DNA of 64,000 bases, from the NCBI GenBank assembly GCA_030390025.1, contig JASTWF010000361.1, positions 372,001 through 436,000 on the forward strand. Reading direction: 5' to 3'. The position numbers were made by a program, and so were the translations under genes. This document shows, piece after piece, positions 26,801 through 39,000 of the stretch. The notes under the pieces were generated by a model. It saw only the letters and a list, made by a program, of their open reading frames with translations, searched no databases and was not told the DNA's origin. Origin of the DNA: Squalus acanthias (lineage: Eukaryota). Position 1 is the stretch's first letter. Every line of letters starts with the position of its first letter.

Positions 26801-29800
26801 CCCTCTCTCTAACCCAGGGGACACTGGACAGTGATCAGGAGCAGGAACCCTGGCTGATTTCCCCTCTCTCTAACCCAGGGGTCACTGGACAGTGATCAGG
26901 AAACCTGGCTGATTTCCCCTCTCTCTAAACCAGAGGTCACTGGGCACTGATCAGGAGCAGGCACCCTGGCTGATTTCCCCTCTCTCTAACATAGGGGACA
27001 CTGGAGATTGATCAGGAAACCTGTCTGATTTCCCCTCTCTCTGACCCAGGGCTGACTGGAAAGTGATGAGGAGCAGGAACCCTGGCGGATTTCCCCTCTT
27101 TCTAACCCAGGGGTCACTGAACAGTGATCAGGAGCAGGAACCCTGGCTGATTTCCTCTCTCTCTAACCCAGGGGTCACTGGGCAGTGATCAGGAGCAGGA
27201 ACCCTGGCTGATTTCCCCTCTCTCGAACCCAAGGGTCACTGGGCAGTGATCAGGAGCAGGAACCCTGGCTGATTTCCCCTCTCTCTAACCCAGGGGACAA
27301 TGGACAGTGATCAGGAACCCTGGCTGATGTCCCCTCTCTCTAAACCAGGGGTCACTGGGCAGTAATCAGGAGCAGGAACCCTGGCTGATTTCCCTTCTCT
27401 CTAACCCAGGGGTCACTGGACAGTGATCAGGAAACCTGGCTGATTTCCCCTCTCTCTAAACCAGGGGTCACTGGGCACTGATCCGGAGCAGGCACCCTGG
27501 CAGATTTCCCCTCTCTATAACCCAGGGGTCACTGGGCAGTGATGAGGAGCAGGAACCCTGGCTGATTCCCCTCTCTCTAACCTAGGGGTCACTGGGCAGT
27601 GATGAGGAGCAGGAACCCTGGCTGATTCCCCTCTCTCGAACATCGCGGACACTGGAGATTGATCAGGAAACCTGTCTGATTTCCCCTCTCTCTAACCCAG
27701 GGATGACTGGACAGTGATGAGGAGCAGGAACCCTGGCTGATTTCCCCTCTCTCTAACCCAGGGGTCACTGGGAAGTGATCAGCAGCATGAACCCTGGCTG
27801 ATTTCCCCTCTTTCTAACCCAGGGGTCACTGGACAGTGATCAGGAGCAGGAACCCTGGCTGATTTCCTCTCTCTAACCCAGGGGTCACTGGGCAGTGATC
27901 AGGAACCCGGACTGATTTCCCCTCTCTCTAACCCAGGAGACACTGGACAGTGATCAGGAGCAGGAAACCTGGCTGATATCCCCTCTCTCTAACCCAGGGG
28001 ACACATGGACAGTGATCAGGAGCAGGAACCCTGGCTGATTTCCCCTCTCTCTAACCCAGGGGTCATTGGACAGTGATCAGGAAACCTGGCTGATTTCCCC
28101 TCTCTCTAAACCAGGGGTCACTGGGCAGTGATCAGGAGCAGGCACCCTGGCTGATTTCCCCTATCTCTAACCCAGGGGGTCACTGGGCAGTGATGAGGAG
28201 CAGGAACCCTGGCTGATGTCCCCTCTCTCTAACCCAGGGGTCACTGAGAAGTGATCAGCAGCAGGAACCCTGGCTGATTTCCCCTCTTTCTAACCCAGGG
28301 GTCACTGGACAGTAATCAGGAGCAGCAACGCGGGCTGATATCCCTTCTCTCTAACCCAGGGGTCACTGGAAAGTGATCAGGAACAGGAATCCTGGCTGAT
28401 TTCCTCTCTCTCCAACCCAGGGGTCACTGGGCAGTGATCAGGAGCAGGAACCCAGTCTGATTTCCCCTCTCTCTAACCCAGGGGACACTGGACAGTGATC
28501 AGGAGCAGGAACCCTGGCTGATTTCCCCTCTCTATAACCCAGGTGTCACTGGGCAGTGGTCAGGAACCCGGGCTGATTTCCCATCTCTCTAACCCAGGAG
28601 ACACTGGACAGTGATCAGGAGCAGGCACCCTGGCTGATTTCCCCTATCTCTAACCCAGGGGGTCACTGGGCAGTGATGAGGAGCAGGAACCCTGGCTGAT
28701 GTCCCCTCTCTCTAACCCAGGGGTCACTGAGAAGTGATCAGCAGCAGGAACCCTGGCTGATTTCCCCTCTTTCTAACCCAGGGGTCACTGGACAGTAATC
28801 AGGAGCAGCAACGCGGGCTGATATCCCTTCTCTCTAACCCAGGGGTCACTGGAAAGTGATCAGGAACAGGAATCCTGGCTGATTTCCTCTCTCTCTAACC
28901 CAGGGGTCACTGGGCAGTGATCAGGAGCAGGAACCCAGTCTGATTTCCCCTCTCTCTAACCCAGGGGACACTGGACAGTGATCAGGAGCAGGAACCCTGG
29001 CTGATTTCCCCTCTCTATAACCCAGGTGTCACTGGGCAGTGGTCAGGAACCCGGGCTGATTTCCCATCTCTCTAACCCAGGAGACACTGGACAGTGATCA
29101 GGAGCAGGAACCCTGGCTGATTCCCCTCTCTCTAACCGAGGGGTCACTGGACAGTGATCAGGAGCAGGAACCCTGGCGGATTTCCCCTCTTTCTAACCCA
29201 GGGGTCACTGAACAGTGATCAGGAGCAGGAACCCTGGCTGATTTCCTCTCTCTCTAACCCAGGGGTCACTGGGCAGTGATCAGGAGCAGGAACCCTGGCT
29301 GATTTCCCCTCTCTCTAAACCAGGGGTCACTGGGCAGTAATTAGGAGCAGGAAGCCTGGCTGATTTCCCCTCTTTCTAACCCAGGGGTCACTGGACAGTA
29401 ATCAGGAGCAGGAACCCGGGCTGATATCCCTTCTCTCTGACCCAGGGGTCACTGGAGAGTGATGAGGAGCAGGAACCCAGGCTGATTTCCTCTCTTTCTA
29501 ACCCAGGGGTCACTGGACAGTGATCAGGAGCAGGAACCCTGGCTGATATCCCATTTCTCTAACCCAGGGGACACTGGACAGTGATCAGGAGCAGGAACCC
29601 TGGCTGATTTCCCCTCTCTCTAACCCAGGGGTCACTGGGCAGTGATCAGGAACCCGGGCTGATTTCCCCTCTCTCTAACCCAGGGGTCACTGGACAGTGA
29701 TCAGGAGCAGGAACCCTGGCTGATTTCCCCTCTTTCTAACCCAGGGGTCACTGGACAGTGATCAGGAGCAGGAACCTTGGCTGATTTCCCCTCTCTCTGA

Positions 29801-32800
29801 CCAAGGGGACACTGGACAGTGATCAGGAAACCTGGCTGATTTCCCCTCTCTCTAAACCAGGGGTCACTGGGCAGTGATCAGGAGCAGGCACCCTGGCTGA
29901 TTTCCCCTATCTCTAACCCACGGGTCACTGGGCAGTGATGAGGAGCAGGAACCCTGGCTGATTTCCCCTCTTTCTAACCCAGGGGTCACTGGACAGTAAT
30001 CAGGAGCAGCAACGCGGGCTGATATCCCTTCTCTCCAACCCAGGGGTCACTGGAAAGTGATCAGGAACAGGAATCCTGGCTGATTTCCTCTCTCTCTAAC
30101 CCAGGGGTCACTGGGCAGTGATCAGGAGCAGGAACCCTAGCTGGTTTCCCCTCACTCTAACCCAGGGGACAATGGACAGTGATCAGGAACCCTGGCTGAT
30201 GTACCCTCTCTCTAACCCAGGGGACACTGGACAGTGATCAGGAGCAGGAACCCTGGCTGATTTCCCCTCTCTCTAACCCAGGTGTCACTGGGCAGTGGTC
30301 AGGAACTAGGGCTGATTTCCCATCTCTCTAAACCAGAGGTCACTGGACAGTGATCAGGAGCAGGAACCCTGGCTGATTCCCCTCTCTCTAACCCAGGGGT
30401 CACTGGACAGTGATCAGGAGCAGGAACCCTGGCTGATTTCCCCTCTTTCTAACCCAGGGGTCACTGGAAAGTGATCAGGAGCAGGAACCCTGGCTGATTT
30501 CCCTTCTCTCTAAACCAGGGGTCACTGGGCAGTGATCAGGAACCTGGGCTGATATCCCATCTCTCTAACCCAGGGGACACTGGACAGTGATCAGGAGCAG
30601 GAACCCTGGCTGATTTCCCCTCTCTCTAACCCAGGGGTCACTGGACAGTGATCAGGAGCAGGAACCCTGGCTGATTTCCCCTCTTTCTAACCCAGGGGAC
30701 ACTGGACGGTGATCAGGAGCAGGAAACCTGGCTGATTTCCCCTCTCTGTAAACCGGGGTCACTGGACAGTGATCAGGAGCAGGAACCCTGGCTGATTTCC
30801 CCTCTCTCTAACCCAGGGGTCACTGGACAGTGATCAGGAAACCTGGCTGATTTCCCCTCTCTCTAAACCAGAGGTCACTGGGCACTGATCAGGAGCAGGC
30901 ACCCTGGCTGATTTCCCCTCTCTCTAACATAGGGGACACTGGAGATTGATCAGGAAACCTGTCTGATTTCCCCTCTCTCTGACCCAGGGCTGACTGGAAA
31001 GTGATGAGGAGCAGGAACCCTGGCGGATTTCCCCTATTTCTAACCCAGGGGTCACTGAACAGTGATCAGGAGCAGGAACCCTGGCTGATTTCTCCTCTCT
31101 GTAACCCAGGGGACAATGGACAGTGATCAGGAACCTGGGCTGATTTCTCCTCTCTCTAACCCAGGGGACACTGGACAGTGATCAGGAGCAGGAACCCTGG
31201 CTGATTTCCCCTCTCTGTAACCCAGGGGTCACTGGACAGTGATCAGGAGCAGGAACCCTGGCTGATTTCTCCTCTCTGTAACCCAGGGGTCACTGGAAAG
31301 TGATCAGGAGCAGGAAACCTGGCTGATTTCCCCTCTCTGTAACGCAGGTGTCACTGGACACTGATCAGGAGCAGGAACCCTGGCTGATTTCACCTCTCTC
31401 TAACCCAGGTGTCACTGGGCAGTGATCAGGAAACCGGGCTGATTTCCCCTCTTTCTAACCCAGGGGTCACTGGACAGTGATCAGGAGCAGGAACCCTGTC
31501 TGATATCCCCTCTCTCTAACCCAGGGGACACTGGACAGTGATCAGGAGCAGGAACCCTGGCTGATTTCCCCTCTCTCTAACCCAGGGGTCACTGGAGATT
31601 GATCAGGAAACCTGTCTGATTTCCCCTCTCTCTAACCCAGGGATGACTGGACAGTGATCAGGAGCAGGAACCCTGGCTGATTTCCTCTCTCTAACCCAGG
31701 GGTCACTGGGCAGTGATCAGGAGCAGGAACCCTGGCTGGTTTCCCCTCTCTCTAACCCAGGGGACAATGGACAGTGATCAGGAACCCTGGCGGATGTCCC
31801 CTCTCTCTAAACCAGGGGTCACTGGACAGTGATCAGGAGCAGGAACCCTGGCTGATTCCCCCTCTCTCTAACCCAGGGGTCACTGGACAGTGATCAGGAA
31901 TCCGGGCTGATTTCCCCTCTCTCTAACCCAGGAGACACTGGACAGAGATCAGGAGCAGGAACCCGGGCTGATTTCCTCTCTTTCTAACCTAGGGGTCACT
32001 GGCCAGTGATCAGGAGCAGGAAACCTGGCTGATATCCCCTCTCTCTAACCCAGGGGACACATGGACAGTGATCAGGAGCAGGAACCCTGACTGATTTCCC
32101 CTCTCTCTAACCCAGGGGTCATTGGACAGTGATCAGGAAACCTGGCTGATTTCCCCTCTCTCTAAACCAGGGGTCACTGGGCAGTAATCAGCAGCAGGAA
32201 CCCTGGCTGATTTCCCCTCTTTCTAACCCAGGGGTCACTGGACAGTGATCAGGAGCAGCAACGCGGGCTGATATCCCTTCTCTCTAACCCAGGGGTCACT
32301 GGAAAGTGATCAGGAACAGGAATCCTGGCTGATTTCCTCTCTCTCTAACCCAGGGGTCACTGGGCAGTGATCAGGAGCAGGAACCCTGGCTGATTTCCCC
32401 TCTCTCTAACCCAGGGGTCACTGGGCAGTGATCAGGAGCAGGAACCCTGGCTGATTTCCCCTCTCTCTAACCCAGGTGTCACTGGGCAGTGGTCAGGAAC
32501 ACGGGCTGATTTCCCATCTCTCTAACCCAGGAGACACTGGACAGTGATCAGGAGCAGGAACCCTGGCTGATTCCCCTCTCTCTAACCCAGGGGTCACTGG
32601 ACAGTGATCAGGAGCAGGAACCCTGGCTGATTTCCCCTCTTTCTAACCCAGGGGTCACTGGGCAGTGATCAGGAACCTGGGCTGATTTCTCCTCTCTCTA
32701 ACCCAGGAGACACTGGACAGTGATCAGGAGCAGGAACCCTGGCTGATTTCCCCTCTCTGTAACCCAGGCGTCACTGGACAGTGATCAGGAGCAGGAAACC

Positions 32801-33239
32801 TGGCTGATTTCCCCTCTCTGTAACACAGGAGACAATGGACAGTGACCAGGAGCAGGAACCCTGGCTGATTTCCCCTCTCTGTAACGCAGGTGTCACTGGA
32901 CACTGATCAGGAGCAGGAACCCTGGCTGATTTCACCTCTCTCTAACCCAGGTGTCACTGGGCAGTGATCAGGAACCCGGGCTGATTTCCCCTCTTTCTAA
33001 CCCAGGGGTCACTGGACAGTGATCAGGAGCAGGAACCCTGTCTGATATCCCCTCTCTCTAACCCAGGGGACACTGGACAGTGATCAGGAGCAGGAACCCT
33101 GGCTGATTTCCCCTCTCTCTAACCCAGGGGTCACTGGACAGTGATCAGGAAACCTGGCTGATTTCCCCTCTCTCTAAACCAGGGGTCACTGGGCACTGAT
33201 CCGGAGCAGGCACCCTGGCTGATTTCCCCTCTCTCTAAC
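11834..33239. repeat. Satellite array block 1, 61-bp monomer (55-bp variant)
   Basis: Consensus CTGATTTCCCCTCTCTCTAACCCAGGGGTCACTGGACAGTGATCAGGAGCAGGAACCCTGG, arranged head to tail. The short variant lacks one CAGGAG hexamer. Confidence 0.97.
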
Positions 33240-35909
33240 ATACAGGGGTATTCAGTATTTAGGAAGGATCGACAAAAAAGAAAGGGAGGAGGGGTAGCAT
33301 TGCTGGTAAAAGAGGGGATAAATGCAATTGAAAGGAAGGATATTAACTCAGTTAATACAGAATCTATATGGGTGGAGCTAAGAAATAGCGAGGGGCGAAA
33401 AACATTAATAGGAGTGGTATATAGGCCTCCAAATAGTAAAATAGAGGTTGGGGAGGGCATCACGAGGGAAATTAGAGAAGCGTGCAATAAGAGCACAGCT
33501 GTCATCATAGGTGACTTTAACTTACATATAGATTGGACTAGCCTAATCAGTAAAAATAATGAGGAGGAGGAATTCCTTGAGTGTTTAAGGGATGGTTATC
33601 TGGATCAATATGTCGAGGAACCAACTCGGGAACAGGCTATATTGGACTGGGTACTGTGCAATGAGAAGGGACTAATTAGTAATCTTGTTGTACGGGGACC
33701 CTTGGGTCAGAGCGATCATAACATGATCGATTTCTCACTCGAAATGGAGAGCGAAGAAATTGACTCAGAGACTCAGGTCCTGAATTTAAACAAGGGGAAT
33801 TATGATGCCATTAGACGGGAACTGAGTAGGTCTGATTGGACAACGTTCCTGGGAGGACTGGAGGTAGATAAACAATGGCAAGCATTTAAAGATAGAATGA
33901 CAAAATTGCAAAAATTGTTTATACCAATCTGGCATAAAAGGAAATCTAAAAAGGTGACTCAACCGTGGATAACAGGGGAAATTAGAGACAGCATAAAATC
34001 CAAAGATAGGGCGTATAAAATAGCCAAAAAACGCGCCAGAGCGGAAGATTGGGAACAGTTTAAGATAGAGCAAAGGAGGGCAAAGGGCTTAATCAAGAAG
34101 GGCAAAATAGCTTACGAAAGCAAGCTGGCGGAAAATATAAAAACTAACTCCAAAAGCTTTTATAAGTATATCAAGAGGAAAAGACTGGTGAAAACCAAAG
34201 TTGGTCCATTGCAGTCAGATACGGGGGAATATATAATGGGAAATAAGGAAATGGCAGACCAACTAAATGCATACTTTGGGTCAGTCTTTACGAAGGAAGA
34301 CACAAAAAACCTCCCTGGGATATCGGGAAAAATAGGGACATTGGCAAAGGAGGAACTGACGCAAATCAATATCTCTAAGGATATGGTGTTAAGGAAGCTA
34401 AAGGGATTGAAGGCGGACAAATCCCCAGGGCCTGATAACATGCATCCTAGGGTACTGAAGGAGGTGGCCCTAGAGATAGCGGATGCACTAAGCATGATTT
34501 TTCAGAATTCATTAGACTCGGGAACAGTGCCCATGGATTGGAGGGTAGCTAACGTTACCCCACTATTCAAAAAGGGGGGTAGGGAAAAAGCAGGTAATTA
34601 CAGACCTGTAAGCCTTACATCAGTTGTGGGCAAAATGCTGGAGTCCATCATTAAGGATGAAATAGCCGAGCACTTAGCAAATGGGGACAGGATAGGACAG
34701 AGTCAACATGGATTTACAAAGGGTAAATCGTGCTTGACTAATCTATTGGAATTTTTTGAGGGAGTAACTGGTAAAATAGATGGGGGAGAGCCAGTAGATG
34801 TGGTGTACCTGGACTTCCAAAAGGCCTTCGATAAGGTCCCACATAAAAGATTAGCATGGAAAATTGAAGCTCATGGGATAAAGGGGAAAGTATTGACGTG
34901 GATAGAGAACTGGCTGTCAGATAGAAAACAGAGAGTTGGAATAAACGGCTCATTTTCTGAATGGCAGGCAGTAACAAGTGGGGTACCACAGGGATCTGTC
35001 CTGGGTCCCCAGCTGTTCACAATTTATATTAATGACCTGGATCAGGGAGTCGAATGCAGCATTTCCAAATTTGCAGACGACACTAAACTAGGAGGGGGGG
35101 TGGGCTCAGAGGAGGAGACCAGGAAGCTCCAGAGCGATTTGGACAGACTGGGTGATTGGGCGGATAAATGGCAGATGCACTATAATGTGGACAAGTGCGA
35201 AGTTATCCACCTTGGGTGCAGGAACGGGAGGGCAAATTATTATTTAAATGGCAATAAATTGGGAGAGGGGGAAGTACAGAGAGACCTGGGTGTTCTTGTA
35301 CACCAGTCACTGAAGGCGAGCATGCAGGTGCAACAGGCGGTCAAGAAGGCAAACGGTATGCTGGCCTTCATAGCAAAAGGGTTGGAATACAGGAACAGGG
35401 ATACCTTGCTGCAGCTGTACAGGGCACTGGTGAGACCACACCTCGAGTACTGTGTACAGTTTTGGTCGCCTCATCTGAGGAAAGATGTTCTTGCCATGGA
35501 GGGGGTGCAGCGGCGATTCACCAGGCTGATACCAGGAATGGCGGGATTGACCTATGAGGAGAGACTATGTAGTTTAGGGATGTACACACTGGAGTTTAGA
35601 AGATTGAGAGGGGACCTCATAGAAGTGTATAAAATTCTGACAGGTCTAGACAGATTAGATGCAGAAGGAATGTTTCCCTTGGCGGGTGAGAACAGAACTA
35701 GAGGACATAATTTAAGGATAAGGGCTAAACCATTTAGGACAGAAATGAGGGGGAATTTCTTCACTCAGAGAGTGGTGAACCTGTGGAACTCATTGCCACA
35801 GAGGGCAGTGTACGCCAGCTCATTAAATATATTTAAGAGGGAATTAGATATATTTCTACAGGCAAAAGGGGTTAAGGGTTACGGAGAGAAGGCGGGGACG
35901 GGATACTGA
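33240..35909 (+). CDS. CR1 ORF2 (APE endonuclease truncated at the N-terminus, intact RT)
   Basis: Open from IQGYSVFRKDR through [27 protein letters not shown] and KFADDTKL to the stop at 35909. Lacks the native start and the first APE motifs. Confidence 0.9.
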   Translation: MQGYSVFRKDRQKRKGGGVALLVKEGINAIERKDINSVNTESIWVELRNSEGRKTLIGVVYRPPNSKIEVGEGITREIREACNKSTAVIIGDFNLHIDWTSLISKNNEEEEFLECLRDGYLDQYVEEPTREQAILDWVLCNEKGLISNLVVRGPLGQSDHNMIDFSLEMESEEIDSETQVLNLNKGNYDAIRRELSRSDWTTFLGGLEVDKQWQAFKDRMTKLQKLFIPIWHKRKSKKVTQPWITGEIRDSIKSKDRAYKIAKKRARAEDWEQFKIEQRRAKGLIKKGKIAYESKLAENIKTNSKSFYKYIKRKRLVKTKVGPLQSDTGEYIMGNKEMADQLNAYFGSVFTKEDTKNLPGISGKIGTLAKEELTQINISKDMVLRKLKGLKADKSPGPDNMHPRVLKEVALEIADALSMIFQNSLDSGTVPMDWRVANVTPLFKKGGREKAGNYRPVSLTSVVGKMLESIIKDEIAEHLANGDRIGQSQHGFTKGKSCLTNLLEFFEGVTGKIDGGEPVDVVYLDFQKAFDKVPHKRLAWKIEAHGIKGKVLTWIENWLSDRKQRVGINGSFSEWQAVTSGVPQGSVLGPQLFTIYINDLDQGVECSISKFADDTKLGGGVGSEEETRKLQSDLDRLGDWADKWQMHYNVDKCEVIHLGCRNGRANYYLNGNKLGEGEVQRDLGVLVHQSLKASMQVQQAVKKANGMLAFIAKGLEYRNRDTLLQLYRALVRPHLEYCVQFWSPHLRKDVLAMEGVQRRFTRLIPGMAGLTYEERLCSLGMYTLEFRRLRGDLIEVYKILTGLDRLDAEGMFPLAGENRTRGHNLRIRAKPFRTEMRGNFFTQRVVNLWNSLPQRAVYASSLNIFKRELDIFLQAKGVKGYGEKAGTGY

Positions 35910-36008
35910 ATTGAAGGATCAGCCATGATCTCATTAAATGGCGGAGCAGGCTCGAAGGGCCGGATGGCCTACTCCTGCTCCTATCTTCTATGTATCTATG
36001 TATCTATG
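33240..36008 (+). mobile_element. 5'-truncated young CR1 LINE inserted in the satellite
   Basis: TAAC duplicated at 33236-33239 and 36009-36012, (TATGTATC)n tail, uninterrupted ORF2 frame. Confidence 0.95.
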
Positions 36009-39000
36009 TAACCCAGGGGTCACTGGGCAGTGATGAGGAGCAGGAACCCTGGCTGATTCCCCTCTCTCTAACATAGCGGACACTGGAGATTGATCAGGAA
36101 ACCTGTCTGATTTCCCCTCTCTCTAACCCAGGGATGACTGGACAGTGATCAGGAGCAGGAACCCTGGCTGATTTCCCCTCTTTCTAACCCAGGGGTCACT
36201 GGACAGTGATCAGGAGCAGGAACCCTGGCTGATTTCCTCTCTCTAACCCAGGGGTCACTGGGCAGTGATCAGGAGCAGGAACCCTGGCTGGTTTCCCCTC
36301 TCTCTAACCCAGGGGACAATGGACAGTGATCAGGAACCCTGGCGGATGTCCCCTCTCTCTAAACCAGGGGTCACTGGACAGTGATCAGGAGCAGGAACCC
36401 TGGCTGATTCCCCCTCTCTCTAACCCAGGGGTCACTGGACAGTGATCAGGAACCCGGGCTGATTTCCCCTCTCTCTAACCCAGGAGACACTGGACAGAGA
36501 TCAGGAGCAGGAACCCGGGCTGATTTCCTCTCTTTCTAACCCAGGGGTCACTGGCCAGTGATCAGGAGCAGGAAACCTGGCTGATATCCCCTCTCTCTAA
36601 CCCAGGGGACACATGGACAGTGATCAGGAGCAGGAACCCTGACTGATTTCCCCTCTCTCTAACCCAGGGGTCATTGGACAGTGATCAGGAAACCTGGCTG
36701 ATTTCCCCTCTCTCTAAACCAGGGGTCACTGGGCAGTGATCAGCAGCAGGAACCCTGGCTGATTTCCCCTCTATCTAACCCAGGGGTCACTGGACAGTAA
36801 TCAGGAGCAGCAACGCGGGCTGATATCCCTTCTCTCTAACCCAGGGGTCACTGGAAAGTGATCAGGAACAGGAATCCTGGCTGATTTCCTCTCTCTCTAA
36901 CCCAGGGGTCACTGGGCAGTGATCAGGAGCAGGAACCCTGGCTGATTTCCCCTCTCTCTAACCCAGGGGACAATGGACAGTGATCAGGAATCCTGGCTGA
37001 TTTCCCCTCTCTCTAAACCAGGGGTCACTGGACACTGATCAGGAGCAGGAACCCTGGCTGATTTCCCCTCTCTCTAACCCAGGTGTCACTGGGCAGTGGT
37101 CAGGAACCCTGGCTGATTCCCCTCTCTCTAACCCAGGGGTCACTGGACAGTGATCAGGAGCAGGAACCCTGGCTGATTTCCCCTCTTTCTAACCCAGGGG
37201 TCACTGGAAAGTGATCAGGAGCAGGAACCCTGGCTGATTTCCCTTCTCTCTAAACCAGGCGTCACTGGGCAGTGATCAGGAACCTGGGCTGATTTCTCCT
37301 CTCTCTAACCCAGGAGACACTGGACGGTGATCAGGAGCAGGAACCCTGCCTGATTTCCCCTCTCTGTAACCCAGGCGTCACTGGACAGTGATCAGGAGCA
37401 GGAAACCTGGCTGATTTTCCCCTCTCTGTAACCCAGGGGTCACTGGACAGTGATCAGGAGCAGGAACACTGGCTGATTTCCCCTCTCTGTAAACCGGGGT
37501 CACTGGACAGTGATCAGGAGCAGGAACCCTGGCTGATTTCCCCTCTCTCTAACCCAGGGGTCACTGGACAGTGATCAGGAAACCTGGCTGATTTCCCCTC
37601 TCTCTAAACCAGAGGTCACTGGGCAGTGATGAGGAGCAGGAAACCTGGTTGATTTCTTCTCTCTCTAACATAGGGGACACTGGAGATTGATCAGGAAACC
37701 TGACTGATTTCCCCTCTCTCTGACCCAGGGCTGACAGGAAAGTGATGAGGAGCAGGAACCCTGGCGGATTTCCCCTCTTTCTAACCCAGGGGTCACTGAA
37801 CAGTGATCAGGAGCAGGAACCCTGGCTGATTTCCTCTCTCTCTAACCCAGGGGTCACTGGGCAGTGATCAGGAGCAGGAACCCTGGCTGATTTCCCCTTT
37901 CTGTAACGCAGGTGTCACTGGACACTGATCAGGAGCAGGAACCCTGTCTGATTTCACCTCTCTCTAACCCAGGTGTCACTGGGCAGTGATCAGGAACCCG
38001 GGCTGATTTCCCCTCTTTCTAACCCAGGGGTCACTGGACAGTGATCAGGAGCAGGAACCCTGTCTGATTTCACCTCTCTCTAACCCAGGTGTCACTGGGC
38101 AGTGATCAGGAACCCGGGCTGATTTCCCCTCTCTCTAACCCAGGAGACACTGGACAGTGATCAGGAGCAGGAAACCTGGCTGATATCCCCTCTCTCTCAC
38201 CCAGGGGACACATGGACAGTGATCAGGAGCAGGAACCCTGGCTGATTTCACCTCTCTCTAACCCAGGGGTCATTGGACAGTGATCAGGAAACCTGGCTGA
38301 TTTCCCCTCTCTCTAAACCAGGGGTCACTGGGCAGTGATCAGGAGCAGGCACCCTGGCTGATTTCCCCTATCTCTAACCCAGGGGGTCACTGAACAGTGA
38401 TGAGGAGCAGGAACCCTGGCTGATGTCCCCTCTCTCTAACCCAGGGGTCACTGAGAAGTGATCAGCAGCAGGAACCCTGGCTGATTTCCCCTCTTTCTAA
38501 CCCAGGGGTCACTGGACAGTAATCAGGAGCAGCAACGCGGGCTGATATACCTTCTCTCTAACCCAGGGGTCACTGGAAAGTGATCAGGAACAGGAATCCT
38601 GGCTGATTTCCTCTCTCTCTAACCCAGGGGTCACTGGGCAGTGATCAGGAGCAGGAACCCTGGCTGATTTCCCCTCTTTCTAACCCAGGGGTCACTGGGC
38701 AGTGATCAGGAACCTGGGCTGATTTCTCCTCTCTCTAACCCAGGAGACACTGGACAGTGATCAGGAGCAGGAACCCTGGCTGATTTCCCCTCTCTGTAAC
38801 CCAGGCGTCACTGGACAGTGATCAGGAGCAGGAAACCTGGCTGATTTCCCCTCTCTGTAACACAGGAGACAATGGACAGTGATCAGGAGCAGGAACCCTG
38901 GCTGATTTCCCCTCTCTGTAACGCAGGTGTCACTGGACACTGATCAGGAGCAGGAACCCTGGCTGATTTCCCCTCTCTGTAACGCAGGTGTCACTGGACA

